Of a stretch of DNA of 64,000 nt, positions 29,710-41,000 are shown one piece after another. The position numbers and the translations under genes are program-made. The DNA lies in NCBI GenBank assembly GCA_965248195.1, contig CBDFIQ010000002.1, positions 2,816,001 through 2,880,000 on the forward strand, given 5' to 3'. Below the pieces are notes generated by a model. The model was not told the origin of the DNA. It made no database searches and saw only the letters and a program-made list of their open reading frames with translations. Source of the DNA: Longimicrobiales bacterium. GTDB taxonomy: Bacteria; Gemmatimonadota; Gemmatimonadetes; Longimicrobiales; Gaopeijiaceae. Every line of letters begins with the position of its first letter. Positions within the stretch are counted from its first letter, which is position 1.

Positions 29710-31768
29710 GAGGACGGACCCGATCGTGGATGCGATTCCTCGGATTCGCGCCCCGCTACCCGGTGGTTCGGCAATACGACCGTGTCGACTGCGGCCCCGC
29801 CTGCCTCCTCGCCGTCCTTCGATTCCACGGCGGCGACGCCGGACTGGCACCGGTTCGCTCTGCAGCCGGGACGGATGCAAGCGGAACCAGCCTCCTCGGG
29901 CTCTACCAGGCCGCGGACACGCTCGGATTCGATGCGAGAGGCGCGACGGGAGATTACGAGTCCCTGAGGAATGTGAAGCTACCCTGCATCGCACACGTCG
30001 TCGTCGAGGACGGCCCCCACTACGTGGTGGTCTATGAGGCGGGAGAACACGAGCTCAGGGTGGCGGACCCAGCGCGCGGGCTGGTTCGGCTGACTCGTAC
30101 CGAATTCGAGCGAATCTGGGTGCAGGGCGCGGTGCTTCTCCTCGACCCCGGCCCGGAGCTTCACTCCGCGCCGCCCCCCCATTGGTTCCCATGGGTCCTG
30201 CGCCACTGCCGGGGAGCACAGGGATGGCTCGTACAATCCGTGTTCCTCGGACTGGTGTACACGGCTTTGGGGCTCGTGACGGCATTCGTGGTCCAGAGGC
30301 TCGTCGACGACTTCATTCCGGGTGGCCATGGGAACCGGATCATCGCGGCCGGAGGGATTCTGCTCGGACTACAGCTGATTCGGGCGATGGTGGGCTATCT
30401 GCGTCAACACTTCCTGGTCGGGCTCGGCAAGCGAGCGGCCACGGCCATCGCCCAGGAGTTCATCGAGCACCTCTTTTCTCTTCCATCCCGGTTCTTCGAC
30501 ACCCGGAAAAGAGGTGACATCGCGGCCCGCCTCCAGGACGCTTCCCAAGTTCAGAACGCGGTCCTCCAAATTCTGGGGAGCACAACCTATAGATGTCCTC
30601 GTCACCGTACTCTCACTCGGCGTCGTATTCCATTTCTCTGCCGAGATGGGGTGGGTCACACTTCTCCTGGTGCCGCCCTACGCCCTGGTGGCCAGTATGG
30701 TCGCCGCTCGGCTCCATCATGAACATCACGAGACGCTGGGAGCATACGGGCGGCTCCAAGGCTCCTACATCGACACGCTCGACGGTATCGAGGCGGTGCG
30801 GAGGACCGGGGCCACCGCGATCTTCTCGAAGGCCACGCTAGCCCTCTTCGGCATGTTCCAATCCAAAGTCGAGCGGCTCGGACACACGCAAGCCGCCGCC
30901 GTATCGAAGCTGGAAGCCGTGGGTGGAGTGTTCCTCACCGCTGTGCTGACTACTGGGGCCATGCTCGTGCCTCCAGCGAGTGACCGAGGGTTTCTTCACG
31001 CTTCAGGCCGGATCGGCGGCGGCCCAGCGGCTGCAGGACGTCTTGCTCACCCAGCCCGAACGGAACACCGGTACGAATAGTTTCCGGATGGAAAGGGAGT
31101 TGAGACTGGAGAACGCGACGTTCCAGTGGTCCCCCGACGAGCCTCTTCTTCAAGGCACGAATCTCACGCTCCAGCGGGGCAGGATCACCGGGCTGAGCGG
31201 GGCCAACGGCAGTGGCAAGAGTACGTTGATCCACCTCCTCAATCGCCGGTACCCACTCACCGAAGGAGTGCTCACGATAGACGGCGTGCCCGCCGAAGCG
31301 ATCGACCTTCACAGCTATCGCCGAAACGTGGCGCTCGTTCCTGAAGCGGTGAAAATCTTCAACGGCACGCTCGGAGCCAATCTCACGATGGCGGCCCCGG
31401 GCCTTCCGCACGAGGCCCTCTTGGAGCGCCTCCGTGAATTGTCCCTCGAATCGTTCCTGGGCCGTTTCAGAGCCGGCCTCGCCACCGAGGTGGGTGAAGA
31501 CGGCCGACGACTTTCCGCGGGGGAGCGTCAAATGATCGGTCTGGTTCGAGCCCTCTTCGGAAAGCCCGCGGTACTGATCGTAGACGAGGGGTTCAACGCG
31601 CTGGATCCGCAGGCCTTCGCACTTGCCGTGCGCCTGGTGAGGGCACAGGCTCGTAGCGGCGCCGTGCTGCTCGTCTCGCACGCTCAGCAGCTGATCTCCC
31701 TGGCGGACGAGCGCTTCATCCTGGAACGCGGAACCGTGCTCCCCGATACGCGCTCCAGGGCCGCATGA
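29706..31768 (+). pseudogene. C39 peptidase-containing ABC transporter (PCAT), interrupted
   Basis: QYDRVDCGPACL, HYVVVY, VADP; TMD; GANGSGKST, LSAGE, LIVDE. Frameshift at ~30590 and a second break with apparent deletion at ~30970. Confidence 0.85.
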
Positions 31769-32439
31769 ACAAGCGGCTTCCCGACCATGAGGGCACCACG
31801 CGCCTGGGTACCCAATCGGTATGGCCGATGTTAGCCATCATGACTGCGATTTGGATGGCGCTTGCTCTCTACACCAATGAACGCGTGCTCACGCCTCAGG
31901 TATTGGCACATTTGGCCAGGCAGGGAGACGGCATGGCGATGCCGGCAGCTCAATTGGACAACCTCCAGCGTCTGGAATTGCTGTCTTATGGATTGTTACC
32001 CCTCTTCCTAACCCTGCGGATCGCGTTGACTGCCTTGGTTCTCCAGCTCTTCACGATGCTCCTTTCCGCGGAGATCGCCTATCGGGAGCTCTTCCGAGCG
32101 TCGCTTTGGGGATTCGGCGCAGTGATGTACGGCATGTTCGTGCAAACGGTGAGGCTCGATCTGATGGGGCCCGATCTCACGATAGCGGATCTCACCGTGG
32201 TCCCTGACTCACTCGCCGCCCTGATCTTGAACCCGGCACCTACCCTCACGATAGGATACAATGCACTGAGCCTTCTTAATCTTCACGGTCTCCTGTGGAT
32301 CGGCATCATCTTCACGTACTTCCGCTTTGAATGCCGCTTCACCCCTCGTCGCGCCCTACTCGTCCCCCTGGCCGGTTGGGCCACGATTTCGCTCGCACAA
32401 CTGGGGCTCCAGGCCTTCACAGCCCAGATCCTGGGTTGA
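31765..32439 (+). CDS. Membrane protein, Yip1-like topology
   Basis: ATGA overlap with the PCAT stop; about 5 hydrophobic segments. Confidence 0.55.
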   Translation: MNKRLPDHEGTTRLGTQSVWPMLAIMTAIWMALALYTNERVLTPQVLAHLARQGDGMAMPAAQLDNLQRLELLSYGLLPLFLTLRIALTALVLQLFTMLLSAEIAYRELFRASLWGFGAVMYGMFVQTVRLDLMGPDLTIADLTVVPDSLAALILNPAPTLTIGYNALSLLNLHGLLWIGIIFTYFRFECRFTPRRALLVPLAGWATISLAQLGLQAFTAQILG

Positions 32440-32574
32440 GCGGAGGGTTACACTCATGATGTTGGCGGTGCGGGCCGGCCTCCACGGAGACGTGACGCCG
32501 GAGGATCTGGCGGGTCAGTTGGGCACGCCCTCCCTCAACTCCTCGCCATCCGCCCCCACTAACCCACTCACGTC

Positions 32575-34098
32575 CTACAGCGTCTTGAGATACTCAATGA
32601 GTGCCCGCCGATTCTCGTCCGTGCGGATGAGCGACCAGTAGTCATGACCAGCGCTCGAGCTGCCCGGGCGTGCTGTGTTGAACCAGTCGCGATCATTCCC
32701 GTACCGGCGAAGAAGCTCGACCTCTTCGAGCCGCCCGTCTTCCTGTCGGCGGTAAAGCGGCTGGCCGATGCGCTCGCGATCGAGCGTTCGTGCCGCCATG
32801 ACTTCGAAAATCCGTGGTCGCTCCGACATGGGTCCCAGCAGGTGATGGAGGGTGGGTACACTTCCGTTGTGCAGGTAAGGGAAGTTGGCCCACACGCCTG
32901 TGAGCGGCGTCGCCGCATACCCGCGACTTCTGCTGAGCTCGCCCTCCCTCGCCAGCGGGCTTTGCTCGAAGGCCTCGATGAACTGCCCTGAGACGAGCTC
33001 GAGTCGCGCAGGATCGGTACCCACATCCGAATGCACGCCGGGCCACAAGACATTGCCCTGCCCATCATATAAGCCGTGGCACTCCGAGCAGCCGATTTCG
33101 CGTGAGTTGAACAGCGCACGGCCCCGTTCCGCCAGAACCCGGTCGATGTCGTACGGGTAGGGCGGCGGCCTCAAATCGCCAATGACCGACTCGAACTCCT
33201 GCTTGATGCGCGGGATGACGACGTCGACCAGGGCGTCGAACCCTCGGTCCTTTTCCAACTCCATCGATGACGCCATCAACGGATAGCGACCATGGAAGCT
33301 CCCGTCGCTGTACCAGCGTTCGATCGGCATCTTCGCTGCCGTGTGCCAGAGCGGCGGCGTCTTGACGTCACCGCGGCCGACGTCGTCCACTGAAGGCATC
33401 CGGTTGCCATTGCTCCGCATGAACAGTTCGACATGCGAGGCCGAGAACGCGGTGGATCTCCCCCGGGTCTTTGAGTCGATCTTGTCGTGATGATGGCTAT
33501 TCAGGATCCTGTTGGCGTCGGCCGCGACGTCGTACTCAGGCGTGCCCCGCAGCCGCCCGCGCCACGCCCGGCTCGTCAATCGCTTCAGTGACTCGCCCAA
33601 CCACAAGTCGTCGAATGTCTTTGCGCCTGCCCCAAAATAGGCAACGCCATCGATTTCAGCGGTGTGACACACCAAGCAGTTCACCGTCCACATGAGGGGC
33701 TGGCCGGATCCGGCGTTTGGCGCCATGCCGAACGCCGGCACGAGCGGGTTGTCGGGCCAAAGCACAAGACCGACGTTGTCGCGGATGATGGCGTCGACAT
33801 CGCCCACCACGGCCTGTGTGATCACGTTGCTGTCGAATAGCGACTGGGGGATCCAGGCCGTTGCGTCGTACGTCTCATACATAAAGCTGGAGAGTAACTT
33901 CAGACGCTCCTCCTTCGGGCGAGGATCGGTCGGGTCCCAGTTGATTACGAGGTTGCGGATCGCGCTTTCGAAGGTCATGGAAAGCGCCTCTTCGGACATG
34001 GCCGTGGCTGCCTTCTCGTCCTGCGGCGCACAAAACGCGATGACCACGAGCGAAGTTACGGCGGCGAAACACAACGATTGATGAGCCACCTTGGTCAT
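32575..34098 (-). CDS. Secreted diheme c protein, RoxA/bCcP-MauG superfamily-like
   Basis: CLVCH and CSECH; VGTDP; YAATPLTGVWANFPYLHNGSVPTL; GHDY...IEYLKTL; GGAGGAG RBS. Confidence 0.8.
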   Translation of the reverse strand: MTKVAHQSLCFAAVTSLVVIAFCAPQDEKAATAMSEEALSMTFESAIRNLVINWDPTDPRPKEERLKLLSSFMYETYDATAWIPQSLFDSNVITQAVVGDVDAIIRDNVGLVLWPDNPLVPAFGMAPNAGSGQPLMWTVNCLVCHTAEIDGVAYFGAGAKTFDDLWLGESLKRLTSRAWRGRLRGTPEYDVAADANRILNSHHHDKIDSKTRGRSTAFSASHVELFMRSNGNRMPSVDDVGRGDVKTPPLWHTAAKMPIERWYSDGSFHGRYPLMASSMELEKDRGFDALVDVVIPRIKQEFESVIGDLRPPPYPYDIDRVLAERGRALFNSREIGCSECHGLYDGQGNVLWPGVHSDVGTDPARLELVSGQFIEAFEQSPLAREGELSRSRGYAATPLTGVWANFPYLHNGSVPTLHHLLGPMSERPRIFEVMAARTLDRERIGQPLYRRQEDGRLEEVELLRRYGNDRDWFNTARPGSSSAGHDYWSLIRTDENRRALIEYLKTL

Positions 34099-34157
34099 TT
34101 GATCTCCTCCCAGGACAGTGTGGGTGTCGACTGGAAAGATGCGCTTCCTCAAATCAC

Positions 34158-34204
34158 GGCAGCATACGTCGAATTACGTAGTAGATGATTGAAGAATACG
34201 TAGC
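34158..34204. promoter_or_regulatory. Conserved triple-TACGTA element, copy 1
   Basis: TACGTC/TACGTA at 34165, 34175 and 34197; 37/47 nt identical to copy 2. Confidence 0.7.
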
Positions 34205-34226
34205 CGGCGGCCGTGTAAGAGAGCAG

Positions 34227-34853
34227 TCACAGGGTGGCGCGAAGCGCCAGAGCGAGCGCCACGAGGACACTCATGAGCACCGAGCCCGACCACAGCGCGC
34301 TCACCGGCCCACGCGGCGCCGCGGCCGGCCTGCCTCGCCTGCGTTCGAGCTCGAGCTCGAGACTCTCGAGTCCGCGCGCCATCGCCCAGCGATGGTTCAG
34401 TGCGAACACGGGCTTCAAGAGGATGGAGAGATACCGCAACAGCGGCTTATGGGCGTGGATCGTCCACTCGTACTTCACCTCGGTCGTGTTGCCGTCCTGC
34501 GCGAACGTCCACACGCCGGTCCCCACGAAGTCTCCGCTCGCTTCGATGGACAGGCGCGAGGGCGCTTCGTACTCGACGACAAGCAACTCCCAGCGCAGGC
34601 GGTAGGGCAGCCAGCCTTGTGTGTGAAGCAACGCCCTCTTGCCGACGCCACCCGGCCCAGGCGGCGGCGTGATCTCCTGCACGTCGCGGTAGACGGACGG
34701 CCACCAACGCGTCAGGCTCTTGGAGTCCGTGAGCACTTCGAAGACCTCTTCACACGGGGCTTCCACCCGCCAATACGTCACGAAGTGATACTCGTGGCTA
34801 GGTCGGCGGACGCCTCTCATTCGCAAACGACGTGGCGCCGCGGCGGCGCGCAT
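34227..34853 (-). CDS. SRPBCC/polyketide cyclase family protein with C-terminal TM
   Basis: YHFVTYWRVEAP, RWWP, GWLPYRL, ASGDFVGTGVW, NHRWAM; TGATG overlap with the upstream gene. Confidence 0.75.
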   Translation of the reverse strand: MRAAAAPRRLRMRGVRRPSHEYHFVTYWRVEAPCEEVFEVLTDSKSLTRWWPSVYRDVQEITPPPGPGGVGKRALLHTQGWLPYRLRWELLVVEYEAPSRLSIEASGDFVGTGVWTFAQDGNTTEVKYEWTIHAHKPLLRYLSILLKPVFALNHRWAMARGLESLELELERRRGRPAAAPRGPVSALWSGSVLMSVLVALALALRATL

Positions 34854-35272
34854 CAGATCAGACCTCGATGGTACGCCGCGAACACCCACTGAAAGGCGGC
34901 CACGACGCAATGAAAGACGATCGGAATGGTCCCGCCCAGCCACCGTTGGTCCGGTCGGCGCGTCATGCGTACGACGTAACGGACAACCATAGCGCCGAAG
35001 TAGAGGTAGCTCCACCAGAGAACCACCAACCCCAACCCCGGGTGCGGTTGAATCCAGAACCCGGCGCCGCGGGAGAAGTCTAGGGAGATCGAGGCCATCA
35101 GCCCCAGCACGACTGCCTGCGCGGCGACGAGCAGGGGATACGGCACGAGGCCGGACTGCCATTGCCCCATCGGCGGCAAGAACCTCGGCGCGTAGAAGAA
35201 GACGATCAGCTGACCGACGACCCGACCAAACAACAACACGGTGAGCGCCCACAAGATTGGTCCGTAGGTCAC
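34853..35272 (-). CDS. 4-TM hypothetical membrane protein
   Basis: RVVGQ, WQSGLVPYP, GTIPIVFH; hydrophobic. Confidence 0.65.
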   Translation of the reverse strand: MTYGPILWALTVLLFGRVVGQLIVFFYAPRFLPPMGQWQSGLVPYPLLVAAQAVVLGLMASISLDFSRGAGFWIQPHPGLGLVVLWWSYLYFGAMVVRYVVRMTRRPDQRWLGGTIPIVFHCVVAAFQWVFAAYHRGLI

Positions 35273-35350
35273 GAGGGTGCCTCCTCCCTTGTCGTCAACG
35301 TGCAGTTGCCGCTAAACGACGATCCGGAATGCAAAAACGGCGGATGCGGG

Positions 35351-36208
35351 TCATTCGCAAGCGGCGTGGCGCCGAGGCCTTCGAGGCCCGACCCTTCGGC
35401 AGCCCAGCCCCCCCGCCGCCTCCCTCTCGAGCCTCTGCTCCAATTCCTCCTTCACCTCGAGCGCCTCGTCCCACACACCTTGCTCCATAGGAGATACGAC
35501 CGGCAGTCGAAAGACGTGCTCCAGCTCTTGCAGAGCGAGCCCATCCCGGTCGGTATCTGCATATAGGGCAGCGAGTTGGAGGTGGTGGCCCGAGACTTCC
35601 GGGGCCTGCTGTTCCGCGAAGCCAAGATGTTCTTCCGCCGCCTCCCACGTCGCCTTCTTGAGCTCCCCTCCGCCCAGAAGATTTTGGGCTATCCACCGGG
35701 TGAACCAGCTCGACCGGCGCACGCCCGCGTAGAGTCGTCCCAGCAAGTGTCGGCCTCGCGCGTGTTGGGGATCGAGCTCGAGAATCACCTCGACCTCTCG
35801 CTGGAATTCCACGGCCGTGTGCACTTTGGTCCGACCGCCCTCGATGTCGGCTCGGCTCGCGAGTACAACGGCAAGCGCGAACCGCCGTCCGACATCGTCC
35901 GCGTGGCCTTCGCTAGCCGCACGAGCATGGCCCTCGGCCCGTTTGAGGAACTCTTTCCTTCGATCCTCCTCATTTGTTGTCTGAGACGCCTCGACGAGCA
36001 TCCATACAGAGTCGGGCACGCCGTCGACCACCCATGTGGGGCGCTCATCTGGACTGATTGGGACCGTTTCTTGAGCAGAGAGCGGTCTACAGGCGGGAAC
36101 CAACATGAGGATCGCACCGAGTGCGGTCCTATTCAATCGCCCTATCGTTCCGCCCAATCGCACACCCGCTCGTGGTACGGGTTCGAGAAAAGGTTGTCCG
36201 GATCGCAT
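35351..36208 (-). CDS. Secreted TPR-like helical protein
   Basis: GGAG RBS; ELDPQHARGRHLLGRLY and helical repeats. Confidence 0.6.
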   Translation of the reverse strand: MRSGQPFLEPVPRAGVRLGGTIGRLNRTALGAILMLVPACRPLSAQETVPISPDERPTWVVDGVPDSVWMLVEASQTTNEEDRRKEFLKRAEGHARAASEGHADDVGRRFALAVVLASRADIEGGRTKVHTAVEFQREVEVILELDPQHARGRHLLGRLYAGVRRSSWFTRWIAQNLLGGGELKKATWEAAEEHLGFAEQQAPEVSGHHLQLAALYADTDRDGLALQELEHVFRLPVVSPMEQGVWDEALEVKEELEQRLEREAAGGLGCRRVGPRRPRRHAACE

Positions 36209-36269
36209 TTTGGTCTCCCCTCTCCATTACGGCTCGAGTGTACGGGGAAGATGCGTTCGGTCCGGTTTT

Positions 36270-36316
36270 GGCAGGATACGTAGGATTACGTAGCAGAGGA
36301 GCGCAAAGTACGTAGC
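36270..36316. promoter_or_regulatory. Conserved triple-TACGTA element, copy 2
   Basis: TACGTA at 36277, 36287 and 36309; same 10 and 22 nt spacing as copy 1. Confidence 0.7.
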
Positions 36317-36401
36317 GGGATCAGTGACTCATCGCGTAGACGACCATGTTTGTAGGCGTCATTTAGCTCGACATCCGTGGCAAGCTTGCACACATTACCG
36401 G

Positions 36402-38048
36402 ATGTTGGGGAAGCCACTAATTAGATCCAGCACGCCGATCGGCTCGTGGACTGGGCCGCGGGAGCGCCTTCTCACGACCCCCCAAGAGTTTGCGCAGGGG
36501 CTCCGTCGTGTCGGAAAGCCCCTGTACGCCGTGGACCATGGAGACGCGTTCGCGCTCGCGGACAGCGGATCCGTTGAGCTGGGTGCAGATCCTCAGGTTC
36601 ACGGACTTTCCCTCCTCGCGCTGAGCCCCCCCTGCAGACCCCAGAATTTTGGATCCGCCAGCTTCGCCAGAGACCATGGCGTCCGTTTCTGTTATCTGGC
36701 CGGAGCCATGGCAAACGGCGTCGGCTCCGCGGAACTCGTCGAGGCGATGGGCCGTGCCGGCATGCTCGCCTTCTTTGGAGCCGCGGGTTTGGGGCCGGAT
36801 ACAGTCGAAGACGCCATCGACCGGATCTCCACTCGTTTGGGCGATCTCCCCTGGGGATTCAACCTGATTCACAGCCCATACGAGCCGCTGCTCGAGGACG
36901 CCGTCGCCGACCTTTACGTGCGCCGCGGAGTGACTCGGGTTTCGGCTTCCGCCTACATGGATCTGACGCTCCCGCTCGTGCGTTACCGGCTGCACGGCAT
37001 TCGTTCCGACGCCTCGGGGCGGGTCGTGACTCCGAATCGACTCGTCGCCAAGGTCTCCCGCGTCGAAGTTGCGCGTAGGTTTCTCGCCCCGGCTCCAGTC
37101 AAGATGTTGGCCGAGCTCGTGACCCGAGGAGACCTGTCGGAGGAGCAGGCGCGGATGGCCGAAGCCATCCCCGTCGCCCAGGATCTGACCGTCGAGGCGG
37201 ATTCCGGAGGCCATACGGACAATCGTCCCGCCATCGCCCTGCTTCCCACCATGCTGGCGCTGCGCGATCGAATCCAGGCCAAGTACGACTATTCGGTCCC
37301 CCTCCGGGTGGGGTGCGCTGGCGGAATATCGACGCCACATTCGGTGGCCGCAGCCTTCGCCATGGGAGCGGACTACGTCATGACCGGGTCGGTCAACCAG
37401 GCGTGCCGGGAGGCCGGAACGTCCGACGCGGTACGCCAGATGCTGGCTCAGGCGGAGCAAGCCGATGTCGCGATGGCCCCGGCAGCCGACATGTTCGAAA
37501 TGGGCGTACGGTTGCAGGTGCTCAAGCGTGGAACGATGTTTCCTATGCGGGCCCATCGTTTGTATGATTTATACCGGGCCCATAGCGGGCTTGAAGACAT
37601 ATCCGACGACGACCGGAAGAACCTCGAAGACACGATTTTCCGTAGGCCGTTGGAGGAGATCTGGAACGAGACACGACGTTTTTGGGAGCAGCGCGACGTC
37701 ACCCAGACGGAGAGGGCCGAGCGTGATCCGAAGCATCGGATGGCGCTGGTCTTTCGGTGGTACCTCGGGATGTCGTCCCGATGGGCCAACCGTGGCGAGC
37801 CGGGGCGGGAAATGGACTACCAAGTATGGTGTGGCCCGGCCATGGGAGCGTTCAACGAATGGGTTCGGGATAGTGATCTCGATCCCTGGGAGAATCGGCG
37901 TGCGGTCACAGTGGCGCACAACATGTTACATGGAGCTGCGGTCATCACTCGGGCCGCCGTTCTACGTAGCCAGGGGGTGGACCTTCCCGCCACATGCGTG
38001 GATGTCCTGCCCCGTGGTCCAGGCGAACTTGAGGAACTGCTGACTTGA
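36402..38048 (+). CDS. pfaD: PfaD-family enoyl reductase
   Basis: GAMANG, NLIHSP, AKVSRVEVA, EADSGGHTDNRP, APAADMFEMG, YQVWCGPAMG; start codon uncertain. Confidence 0.92.
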   Translation: MLGKPLIRSSTPIGSWTGPRERLLTTPQEFAQGLRRVGKPLYAVDHGDAFALADSGSVELGADPQVHGLSLLALSPPCRPQNFGSASFARDHGVRFCYLAGAMANGVGSAELVEAMGRAGMLAFFGAAGLGPDTVEDAIDRISTRLGDLPWGFNLIHSPYEPLLEDAVADLYVRRGVTRVSASAYMDLTLPLVRYRLHGIRSDASGRVVTPNRLVAKVSRVEVARRFLAPAPVKMLAELVTRGDLSEEQARMAEAIPVAQDLTVEADSGGHTDNRPAIALLPTMLALRDRIQAKYDYSVPLRVGCAGGISTPHSVAAAFAMGADYVMTGSVNQACREAGTSDAVRQMLAQAEQADVAMAPAADMFEMGVRLQVLKRGTMFPMRAHRLYDLYRAHSGLEDISDDDRKNLEDTIFRRPLEEIWNETRRFWEQRDVTQTERAERDPKHRMALVFRWYLGMSSRWANRGEPGREMDYQVWCGPAMGAFNEWVRDSDLDPWENRRAVTVAHNMLHGAAVITRAAVLRSQGVDLPATCVDVLPRGPGELEELLT

Positions 38049-41000
38049 GCGATCGGAATGAAGATCGGGCTGCGGCCCAGTCACCCATAGCCATCGTCGG
38101 CATGTCCTGCCTGTTCCCGGGTGCGAGTGGCCTGCGGGAGTACTGGGCTAACGTGCGGGACGGTTTCGACGCGATCACGGACGTTCCCGCGAGCCATTGG
38201 AGCGTGGGCGACTATTTCGACGCCGACCCCAGCGCCCCAGATATGACGTACGGGCGTCGCGGCGGGTTCCTCGACGCGGTCGACTTCGACCCGATGGGCT
38301 TCGGGATCTCACCGCGGGACCTCGAGGCCACCGACTCCACGCAGTTGCTCGGCATGCACGTCGCCCGAGAAGCGCTGAGGGATGCCGGCTACGGGGCCGA
38401 CGGCCTGGTTTTCGACCGTGAGCGCACGAGCGTGATCCTCGGTGTGAGCGGAACGCTTCCTCTGGTGATCCCTTTGGGGGCCCGCCTCGGCCACCCGATT
38501 TGGCGACGGGCTCTGGCTGAGGCAGGCGTCGATCCGGAGACCGGCGAGGACGTGATCGCTCGGATCGCAGACGGTTATGTGCCATGGCAGGAGAACTCCT
38601 TCCCCGGACTTCTGGCCAACGTGGTGGCCGGCCGAATCGCCAACACGCTCGATTTGCACGGAACCAACTGCATCGTCGACTCGGCGTGCGCCTCGTCATT
38701 GAGTGCCATCCATCTGGCATCCCTCGAGCTCGAAGCGGGTCGGGCCGACATGGTCCTGAGCGGTGGCTTGGACACCTTCAACGACATCTTCATGTACATG
38801 TGCTTCTCGAAGACGCCCGCGCTTTCGGCGTCGGGGAACGCACAGCCGTTCAGCCAGCAGGCGGACGGTACGATTCTCGGCGAAGGTGTGGGCGTCGTGG
38901 CGCTCAAGCGATTGGCGGACGCCGAGCGGGACGGTGATCGCATCTACGCGGTCATCAAGGGCCTCGGGTCGTCGAGCGACGGGAAGGGTCAGGCGGTCTA
39001 CGCGCCCTCTCCCGAAGGCCAAGCACGGGCGCTACGCGAGGCGTATCGAAATGCGGGCGTGACGCCGGACACGGTCGGGCTCGTCGAGGCCCACGGTACG
39101 GGCACCGTCGTGGGAGACGCCACCGAGGCACGGGGCCTTACCAGCGTCTATGGAGATACCAGCCGGGAGGGAGCGTGGTGCGCGTTGGGCTCGGTCAAGT
39201 CGATGATCGGACATACCAAAGCGGCCGCAGGAGCGGCCGGACTGATCAAGGCCGTGATGGCGCTCCACCACAAGATTCTCCCGCCCACGATCAAGGTCGA
39301 GATACCCAACAAAGCTGTGACGCCCGGGGAGACGCCCTTCTACGTCAATACCGAAAAGCGTCCATGGGTGCCCGAGGGCGGTCATCCTCGCCGGGCCGGA
39401 GTGAGTGCATTCGGCTTCGGCGGTAGCAACTTCCACTGCGTGGTCGAAGAGTACGAGTCGCGGGCAGCCGCTGTGGATTGGGACGGCCGGGATCAGATCT
39501 TCGCCTTCTCGGCCGAAAGCCGCGAGGCACTGGCGTCGAAACTGAAGGACTTCGATGCAGGATCGGAGTGGGCGGAGATCCGGGGGCGGGCGGCCGAAAC
39601 GAGGGAAGGCTTCGATGCTTCGCACGAAGCCCGGTTGCTCATTGTGGCCGAGCGGGACGGGAAGTCCCCGGCAGACCTCATCGCCCTGGCGCTGGTCCGG
39701 CTGGAGGAATCCCCGTCCGCGTGGAGTTTACCGCAGGGAATCTTTTTCGGGTCGGGTTCGTCCAAGGGCGGATGGGCCGCCTGTTTCCCCGGCCAGGGGG
39801 CCCAATACGTCGGCATGCTACGCGAGGTCGTGTGCCGTTTCCCCGTTGCCGCCGACGCCCTCGCCGCCGCAACCGAAGCCACGCCGGGGTTGGCCGACAA
39901 GATTTATCCACACCCCGCGTTCGACGATGATGGCAGAGCCGAACAGGAGGCCGATCTCAGGGCCACCCAGAGCGCGCAACCAGCCCTCGGCGCGGTGAGT
40001 CTGGGTGCTTTCCGCGTGCTCGAGCAGTTCGGAATCGCCCCCGATGCCACGTGCGGGCACAGCTACGGCGAATTGGTCGCGTTGTGCGCCGCGGGGCGCA
40101 TGAGCCCCTCGGAGCTGCACGGGCTTTCGAGCCTCCGGGGTCACCTCATGACCGTGGGCGACGGCGATCGCGGCTCGATGCTGGCCGTTTCTGCCGAGTG
40201 CGATCGAGTCCAAGCCCTCATCCGGAAGCACGAGCTCGATTTGGTGGTAGCGAATCATAACGCCCCGCGTCAGGTGGTCCTGTCGGGTGTGACCGACGAG
40301 ATTCATCGGGCAGCGGACATTCTGTCCGACGAGGGGATTCGGACCAAGAAGCTGGCCGTTTCGGCCGCCTTTCACAGCCCCTTGGTGGCCGAAGCCGCCG
40401 AACCGTTCACCGAACACGTCAAAGGCGTCAAGTTGACGAGAAGTGCGGTGCCGGTGTACGCGAACACGACCGGCACGAGGTACCCGGCCACTCCCGCTGG
40501 AGCACGGAAGGTGCTCTCCAGGCAGTTGGCCTCACCCGTGGACTTCGTGCGGTGCGTGAAGGCCATGTTCGACGACGGCGTCCGCACCTTCATCGAGGTC
40601 GGACCCAGCGGCCGGCTCTCCGGGCTCATCCGGGAGATCCTGGCCGACGAGGAGATCACGGTCGCGGCGGTGGACGCCTCGAGCGGACAGCGCCCGGGCC
40701 TGGTAGATCTGGCCCGCATGCTCGCTCAACTCGCCGCGGCCGGTCATGCGGTCGCCCTCGACCGGTGGGACGAAGGTGCCCTCGAGGCCTGGCGGCGCGA
40801 AGCAGCGCGAGAAAAACCCGCCCTGACGGTGAAGATCAGCGGAGCGAATCACGTGACTGAGCGCCCCAAGCGTCCCCCGAGGGCCGCGGCACCGACAGCC
40901 GTACCGACTGCGGCCGCGCCGGTTGCCTCCGCGCCTCCCGCTTTCGAGCCAGCTACCACGGTGACTTCCGACCCCGAGGTCCTTGCCGAAGCGATGCGAG

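Noticed and set aside
26500..32570. Peptide locus as a mobile element
   Set aside because: No integrase, transposase, tRNA or flanking direct repeats recognised
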